Shown: one piece after another, positions 60,801 through 64,000 of the stretch | How the letters are laid out: each line of letters starts with the position of its first letter | How positions within the stretch are numbered: the stretch's first letter is position 1 | NCBI GenBank assembly: GCA_903900335.1 | Contig: CAIUMP010000030.1 | Coordinates: 8,068 to 72,067 of the forward strand | Origin: an uncultured Ignavibacteriota bacterium | Lineage (GTDB): Bacteria; Bacteroidota; Ignavibacteria; Palsa-1295 | Length of the DNA stretch: 64,000 nt | Direction of reading: 5' to 3' | The notes under the pieces: generated by a model | What the model was told of the DNA's origin: nothing | Seen by the model: the letters and a program-made list of their open reading frames with translations, nothing else | The model's database searches: none | Position numbers and translations under genes: made by a program

Positions 60801-61024
60801 TGCCAGCCAACACCAAACCCTACGTCAGTGAAGTTCGCTGAGGGGAGACCGCTTTCGAAATCCTCCGAAAGGTAGGTCTGAGCGCGGAGAGGTACCGCGG
60901 ACAGAACGGCGGTCAGTAGCAGGGTAGCGGTCAGCAGAAGTGCACGAACAGTGCGTGCTGGGAAGCTGATAGAGGATGGACGATCATCGCGTGATGTCGA
61001 GTGGACGCTAACAACAGTGCTCAT
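48803..61024 (-). CDS. Giant (4073 aa) T9SS-secreted protein with six beta-helix modules, Ig linkers and a FlgD-type CTD
   Basis: Signal peptide; six L(S/A)GxYxIG..AA..GV openers and six DxxGxxR..P(D/T/E)(I/V)GAxE closers; LPVELLSL, YPNPFS, WDGKDGSG..SGTY. Confidence 0.92.
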   Translation of the reverse strand: MSTVVSVHSTSRDDRPSSISFPARTVRALLLTATLLLTAVLSAVPLRAQTYLSEDFESGLPSANFTDVGFGVGWQTNSTYTFGGTKAAWFQTAGTSSPTLNNDALTSRAFSLSGSTKPILTFWHIAALERFYDQAIVEVSTDNGVTWVIPSNTQYNGNSWRKTGAYPAGGATTTYVDGPYFDAQSRPEWDIKFTATSSAPTTGQSMWMKEVFDLSAFKSASVKIRFRVKSNSSNDFFGWLIDNISVAEAPPTISGTRLIGTGGYASFRAAAQALADSGVGSGGVTILAAPGTYNDSLIIGYYRGVSASNRVVFKSQNGPSSVFIQRNGNPNFSGQPSVTSGYSNTQFFAAAVLMSGAQYVTFNGITVQQLNWSVANTNYALSVGFFLTGGCRFDSVYQCSAILQNRYYYSVGMMVSSSYYNSAPGIPNVANKLVNDTIVAWNGVMFQSYFPTMAVYDSLNELNATVQGGTFLNLGQPTTASSISSYSTCYNMGGYGQVGLVINNVKSSMGVYGLTGPSTNFTYYGFYGAGGYLINPTISNNIWTNVGYHPTTPNTYMYGFAVYLSGNTVVRAKVLNNMVSDWWDYYGYYKFYVSSTIETLLQGNTVTRMNCYYPSSYYAFYISSNLRPRIIGNKIKDIRFGLYSASSTGTWYGMYLTSNLGGTVVYNNMISDINFNYTSSYSGSAVYGIYYSPGSPAAFSGQLYPSMRDSICNNTIWFGMQSGAASPAYGFTTYCLYVSPSATTGVELYILNNIIGNRTQTTGVAGYYAYGIYRASTSGTVFEDFNDYYVNTTGSGSDPYHCTGYYGNYGYMLSDYKSLTSAYYQNIHSFTELPPFSTTDSLNYINGSTSRLWRAGKALASVTTDYNGASRNIAPTIGASEGSLAVSSTDDVGPAITYARVSKTQSTGAITISATITDPNGVNTSTYPPIIYYKASSSAFWSSATGSNVGGSIFNFTIPGQSYGTKMQFYLAAQDNMAIPNPSTYPNGGSGFNPPGSTPPGNTNYMTFWDTVHVYGPLSGDYLIAGTGANFPSLKAALDSVEQAGVSGPVRFLINTATLTETVGPLQLQGPIMGSSPTNTITIKPNVGFSPQVNITQTNYTAPFAFEIAGVSNVIIDGSNTTGGTTRDMTWTGGTNSSTTQNLYQIYVLPCVSLFDGTPLNTSNVTIKNLNIRGGYNTALTSALADYGVYAITSVSGNAGSTTVSDLTVTNNSLSQVAVGVRLVGQSPDFYDLPLKRIVVTNNLIGPGASGTDSVCSTGVVIQGADSCTVDNNDIQRIYEGTGTANLYGLQIPSSVGAVSNLKFTRNKIHNIRLQGTSGTIYGIFESNNFPPLANNLFANNMVYDLHITNPSYTGGTSSTAPAVAGIFISSGVGDIIANNTVELFDTSVTYTYASAQYTEAFGTSSGAFGLTVVNNIFSNGIRMNPTLGFNVGYMTYYGAGDIKFSDNNIIAAPGNHGFLGYDGSRTKYVGSFDSLKMMTSGDIHSWQANAPFVSLTDPHLLTTVPTRAESGGIPVAGVTVDLDGDTRNATTPDIGADEGNFATAAIDVAINSVSLPASGAKFIAGTGVRPIISVTNFGTTNAYSVPVVSQIIDSSTFAITTVSGVIDSVRAGETRTLQIDSVTYPLLHTYGHRIYVNATADALRTNDSSGVLRITTAAGLSGLYTVGSGQWAPTFKAAFDSLVNYGLAGNVTFQLTDATYNSPAFNTAYIGNGGAILGANSGRRLRIKPASGVNATVHFWGNGSSASVATAYTTAYPGLGLVNTQFLTIDGSNTEGGTTQNLTFIIHPTISSYSPVILMSAAQNDSIKNCVIQDSTFYSGMSGSGWSSYPIGLLLTGPSGGTPSSFNIFKNNWIRDCYYGLYNYGVGSSTVLANGNQFIGNKFSRFSYCAIYNSYYTTNTLFQGNLIQSDTVVPLSTLYPVFLYGQYGQTNFIGNRIWKLRSSYAGAYIYAGIYAYAGGALIANNLVAMEHDTQSSVYIEYPLFFEYTAPYSTYGPSQVYYNTFYVGGNSATYNGYYMNYIYYHGGDIKNNVFVYDRLAPLSSYFMYDYNAVNLVENYNNNLYYIGASSQGTFAYYYNGTTSTTYSNLAAWQAGTGQDLNSWYERQIWQDSVGGNFAPALGVPTRIESHASPIAGITTDINGNTRNARYPDIGAFEGNYTSEFNVDAVATSMSQPTTGTHFYANSSISAVANFRNGGVVAMTNTPITYQVLDGNGIVQATFNTTISSMAVAGSPTAASTFTFTPTTAGQWQIRAFATAPGEEFTVDDTVSVTINVTVGLAGNYNVGVGQYAPTIKAAFDSVARNGVIGAVNFNLTDNTYNEPSITGNQTWSESSSTPITFKPIPGITPVINFSPTALRPWGIRLNSMPSITFDGSNTAGGVTRNTTFQFAAGNTFGQSVFWLVDSVGGAGDNNFVLKNARVISGGTTGTVAGIYAAGSSLGSTGSHNGVIIQNNEIRNAAYGIVISGPTGTPNSGLVITGNQIGPLVGDNTLRIGIEGITISGSTGNTITSNEITGIYSSTGGVAAIDLTGTATGGTIALNKLHDIEAFGATSGSARGIVDNGGGGVTISNNMIWHVISNSSVTTGAGANAGIYLGAASGDRLYFNSIGLTGNRDTTGIGGTGGVSAALYVASTASNLTLVNNIFGNQQTEPSGGRRAYGYVIEAVSSLATASNNNISGTGTSANATNALIAGTSYTRAVQIRTALGGALETSSFTPTPVFISDANLYINTSAPTLIESGGIPVGGITTDIDGNVRNASTPDVGANEGNFLKAVDVIGVSIDQPLNNSAYRPNTATPHVMATFRNGAAGTGTNIPVTAVTYDSLVGSKRLSTTVIIPTLGPGASTQVTFDSLLLPDIGSYSVYAYANYGFDVDNTNDTTASIRVIVCQPLAGTYNIGVGKDFANLSVAAQAAHDCGVQMRVNFILNDASYNEPSPISFSGIVGLGNANIIVVKPAVGVSPVMNIASSPSKNYGILLDSASYVIFDGSNTSNGTTRNWTINLTGANSTASVFLVRDGSSDTIKNTIIRNIAVASGAGITVGPTRIAMSSTMIMNNDIASAASGIVVSSSAFTNSGLGIWNNAITGFSSYGIQIGDKVTNAMIRGNAISSGATAAASTSMTGILVSGGNTGSVEIGANKVMDFSTSATNPVLLGIGLSSTLPGSSNRVFDNMISLGRQTSMPTATIYGIQLNNSTSAVIQNNTVALGGTSTGSGSSYALWGNAPLNVALNNNIFYNGRTNGAGATGSNFASYSPALPTGTFTSDYNDWFTAAGPNAMLAQAQGLNMPTLVAWRMVTTGTAWGMQDRNSVSEQPNFVGTSDLHITLVPSRIQNGGMPGSRGPSGAQDYDIDGNPRGYVPDIGATEFDGPRNNRLAGSYTIDPSTGNYPTLASAIRSLNANGVDAAVDIYMLNGTDTTSTPLTLVPADGIGQNNPVRFHAAAGKNSAIVGTSIPNLLGPTNLTSVLVFDSAANNIVIDGNNGVTAKRSLSIINATGGFANSAIIMTNGASNNAVNNAVIATPSSTRTMDHSGASLGVVSVVSGSYGGGEVNDGLANDSISFGWNGVYSFGAAGAPVSGLTVRQSKIQDFNSSGIFFGNWTSNSTADGNYISNPTYYGADATVRGIRLSSDVNSSGNAAGQNAIINVRSTTTSNVTGVEVTGGYLPFIYNNFIVLSDNTTGSLRGIDEASNATAAPTFARIFFNSINLYGTKSDLSPNDYAIAVLAQDGVGNRDSVMDNIFSLHRIGSYQNTVFALGAQLAADFDAVDFNDYFMPSGNAALLGSVSFPSLATLRAIPSWTGRDANSITGDPKFVSNTDLHLSTYASAVFYKGSFMPTITGDIDYQGRTSIPKPEIGADENAYLGTLPVELLSLNATGLNRRVDVTFRTAEEKNAYGFAVLRSDAPDHAFTEIASAYGTKDLLAGGSASAQGSNYSFVDNTVVNGMTYFYKVVAIDNDGTRETFDRIAEATPMAFEKFSILGDYPNPFSLSENASTKITWSAGAPSTQVEIVVMDLLGHAVRTLVDGPIESAGVFTADWDGKDGSGSMMPSGTYMVTLKALTADGQTSSTTVKIVLTK

Positions 61025-61029
61025 AATTG

Positions 61030-61760
61030 TAATTGATCAACCCGGATTGGTTGCTGCTCGATCAGAAGCAGTCGCCTTCCGGCAGTTAGGAAACAGTACT
61101 TGAAACTTGAATTTTCTCTCAGTAGCAGAATCAGGGGATTAGAAAACTACGGCAGCACAGACCAAATGCCGGTCATCCTTGGAGGATCGGTCAGCCAGAT
61201 AAGTGCCAGTTCTACGCACACGTAGCTCATTTACTCAAAAAAGAACAGCGCTTAGAAAACAACTCCTAACCGGTCGCAGCGGCGCTCATGTCATCCAGTA
61301 ATGCTGACATACTCGCTGCGACGCACCTTCTCGCGTTATGCGCTTGACCCGGCAAGCGGAAGCATGCAGGCACCAAGCCCTACGCATTCTAACTTCGCCA
61401 AAACGGGAAGCCGCATTCGACGCGAAGTCCAATATCTCCCACAACGACGGATGAGTCTTCATCCAAACTGAGCTCTTCGCGATACCCCCTTCATCGCGAG
61501 AGTCCATTCCTCGTATCGGCACCAAAATGGATATTACCTTATCTATCCATCTAGGCTAAGCACTCTGCCTGCGTCACTTCTTGAGGCTTGTGCTGAGCTC
61601 CGCCTAGGCTGATGCTACGCCCTCAACGGAGACAGCAAGCACAGTGCAGGATTGCTGGAGTACACACTGCCCGCGTAAGACATTACCGCCGAATGGAAGA
61701 TAATTCACACCGTCCAGGATTGACTCCTTAGGGCCGATAGATATTATCAAACATGTAAAT
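61030..61760 (-). ncRNA. Putative long structured 5' leader or ncRNA
   Basis: At least eight adjacent inverted repeats, no credible ORF, near-consensus TATATTTA element at about 61756-61763 on the minus strand. Confidence 0.4.
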
Positions 61761-61925
61761 ATACGACGAAAAATCAGAGCCGAACTGGAACCGTGACTGT
61801 TTCAAAAGGAACGCGCCGAATTCCGCTTGGTTTCAAGCTTCTGACCGCCCCTGGAGGCGCGCCATCTCCCGAATACGCAGCCAGCCGTACGCAGGAGGTA
61901 GCGCGAAAACACCACTCCACTTGGC

Positions 61926-63164
61926 CTATTTAATGGTCGTGCCATCTGCATTTACGCGCAGAAGGAAGAGCTGACGCCGCGAAGGTCGCCCGCCGAAACT
62001 AGTAGTGACCCCGCCAATTGCGAAACCGTGATCTGGTGTTTCCAGGATTCCCGCGGGAATATCTCCTCCCTCAAACGGATAGGTCTGATGGGGCCACACC
62101 TCCTTGCCGCTGTCATCAAACCGGAACATCACAATGGAGGTGTCTCCTGCGGCATTAGCAGTAAAACCGGTCACAGCAAGCCCGCCACTTGAAGCGGAGA
62201 TGACATTTGTGAACGAATTGTGAATGTCGAGGGAGAAATTCTTGTACCAGATAGGCTGAGATGTTCCGTCAAGGGAGGCGAAAGAAAGGAGCGCTATCGA
62301 GGCAGCCGTGGGGACGCTCGAGGTGCTAAATATGGAAGAATCCCCCACGACCACATAGTTTTGGCCATTTGTGCGCAAAACAGAACGAAGGGTGCCGCCG
62401 TGATTGCTGAACATGGCAGAACTTCCCAATTGCCCGTTGATGCTTGAGAAGACCCACGGCTCCGCATTGCTAGAATTCTTAACGAACGTACCCAGCCCCA
62501 CCCAATCATTCGATTGCCCTGGCGACAAAATAAGAGCTTTGTAATCGTCCCCCTTTTGTTTGTCCGATACAATGTCGAGCCCAGTGGAATCCGCGGTCGC
62601 GGACAAGTAGAGGAAGATCCCGTCGTAGCAAGAGTACAAGCCGTTATGACGCCAACCTTCGACAACGAAGCTGCCATTGCCCAACTGGCACACGGCGGAG
62701 GCGTGGCTAACATCCTGAGAAACCGCGAAGGGCTTGGCTGAGAGCACCTTTCCCAAGGCATCAATGTGGAAGACCTCGATCGAACTTCGATTTGGGCCAG
62801 TGTTCAACGTGCCCACGACAATAATGCTTCCGTCGCTCAGCACGACACAATCAGCAGCGACAAAATCCAACGAGTCGCCATACCGTTTTGAAGAGATCAG
62901 ATTTCCGCTGAGATCGCAGGTCGTTATTTCGAAATTTGATATGGTACCAGTGTCTCCGCGAGGTACCGAAACAGTTGTTAGAAAGAGGATATTACCGTCT
63001 TTCGTTTTCCGCATCGCATTGACCGCTTGCGGAGGATCGACTCCAAGCAGTCGAATATAGTTTGGCGAGGAGGCACCCGAATCCAACGGTACTTTGCATT
63101 GCACGGCAGACATGGCGAGCACGACTGCGATCAGATAAAGAAAGCCATTGTTCCGTTTCGCCAT
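61926..63164 (-). CDS. Lipoprotein with beta-propeller-like repeats
   Basis: Lipobox AVQC; repeats such as TKDGNILF, LSDGSIIVVG, TPDHGFAIGGVTTSFG. Confidence 0.75.
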   Translation of the reverse strand: MAKRNNGFLYLIAVVLAMSAVQCKVPLDSGASSPNYIRLLGVDPPQAVNAMRKTKDGNILFLTTVSVPRGDTGTISNFEITTCDLSGNLISSKRYGDSLDFVAADCVVLSDGSIIVVGTLNTGPNRSSIEVFHIDALGKVLSAKPFAVSQDVSHASAVCQLGNGSFVVEGWRHNGLYSCYDGIFLYLSATADSTGLDIVSDKQKGDDYKALILSPGQSNDWVGLGTFVKNSSNAEPWVFSSINGQLGSSAMFSNHGGTLRSVLRTNGQNYVVVGDSSIFSTSSVPTAASIALLSFASLDGTSQPIWYKNFSLDIHNSFTNVISASSGGLAVTGFTANAAGDTSIVMFRFDDSGKEVWPHQTYPFEGGDIPAGILETPDHGFAIGGVTTSFGGRPSRRQLFLLRVNADGTTIK

Positions 63165-63170
63165 GCCCTA

Positions 63171-64000
63171 CTATGATTTGTGTTCGCGAAATCCGAAGAG
63201 AAGATTCACCCCAAGCGAGAACTCGAATCCTCGGAGTGCTATGTCATCATCTTCGAAATAGCCGGGAAGGAAGAGACTACTGGTGTACCTGGCCGAAGGC
63301 CGCGTCAGGTCGACGAGCCCATTCCAATATCGCGCACGTAAGACGAGGTCGCTTGTCGATGAAAGAGGATACAAAGCGCCTGCGCCGACTACCCACCCGT
63401 AGTTGAACGTCTTTCTTCTGTCGGAGGTGTTGCCGTCTGGCAACAATGTTGAGCCTCCTCCAGCAGCGGTCGCGGTACCTAGCTGGGTTACGGTGATCTT
63501 TGCCACAACGGAGGTGAGCCACTGTCCAAAGCCGCCTGCTTCAACGAACGGCTGAACCTTCCAATCGAAGAGCTTCAGCCGCCCGAAGACCGGAAGGGCG
63601 AGCGAAGAGATGTTCTCAGCGTAGAGCGTCGAGACGCCTGGAACTGGGTGGGTATCCCGCGAAAGATCCTCATACAGCAGAACCACATCCGTCGCCAGAC
63701 TTACATTCGGATAGACCTGGAAGGCAAATTCACCACCAAAATTCGTTTTTGAGGGAGTTGTGTAATCGGAGGCGCTTGCAAAAGTCTGAGTTACGGAATT
63801 CGCCTGTAATACGCCAACTGTCGGCTTGTAAAATTGAACGAAAGCACCCACGGCAAAGCGTGAATAGTAGGTGTAAGGCTCAAGCGCCTTTATGAATTCG
63901 TATGGATCTCGCTCTGGTGCGGACTTGTACATCGGGTTCAGCCGCAACATCGAGGAGATCGCCATGTCTGCACTGTCGGTTTGGTTGAGCAGCAAGTAGG
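63171..64000 (-). CDS. Outer-membrane beta-barrel protein (PorT-like), 5' end beyond the window
   Basis: LALPVFGRL, VQPFVEAG, ARYWNGL, FEFSLGV; helical segment before the barrel. Confidence 0.7.
   Translation of the reverse strand, partial: YLLLNQTDSADMAISSMLRLNPMYKSAPERDPYEFIKALEPYTYYSRFAVGAFVQFYKPTVGVLQANSVTQTFASASDYTTPSKTNFGGEFAFQVYPNVSLATDVVLLYEDLSRDTHPVPGVSTLYAENISSLALPVFGRLKLFDWKVQPFVEAGGFGQWLTSVVAKITVTQLGTATAAGGGSTLLPDGNTSDRRKTFNYGWVVGAGALYPLSSTSDLVLRARYWNGLVDLTRPSARYTSSLFLPGYFEDDDIALRGFEFSLGVNLLFGFREHKS

Noticed and set aside
61286-61525. 79-aa ORF in the giant-gene leader
   Set aside because: TTG start, no recognisable motif, and it overlaps the hairpin cluster; not supportable as a gene.

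Overview
This is a chromosomal window of a Bacteroidota-related bacterium, probably Kapabacteria/Ignavibacteria-like. The assignment is inferred from TAnnTTTG promoters, porX and many T9SS C-terminal sorting domains. Housekeeping genes (DEAD-box helicase, porX, tsaE, tsaB, recO, HIT, hutU, purB, peptidase E, a NatAB-type ABC exporter) are interleaved with at least six T9SS-secreted proteins, including a 4073-aa beta-helix giant. Several outer-membrane beta-barrels, lipoproteins and an MNT-HEPN pair are also present. I saw no rRNA, tRNA, transposase, integrase or cas gene. The most unusual signals are non-coding: (1) an array of four ~45-bp tripartite palindromes (ATGTCCGC-N11/12-CCTA(N)GG-N10/12-GCGGACAT) at 4998-5482, directly behind an operon of a beta-barrel, a CTD-only lipoprotein and a pseudo-protease; (2) a promoter-to-terminator-bounded ~120-nt sRNA with tandem palindromic operators next to an orphan NarL/UvrY-type regulator; (3) a ~730-nt densely structured leader in front of the giant gene. 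Also notable are a GH5-like protein lacking both catalytic glutamates (missing from the ORF track) and a 147-bp near-identical tract shared by two tandem T9SS paralogs. All family assignments come from motif recognition by eye, not from database searches.
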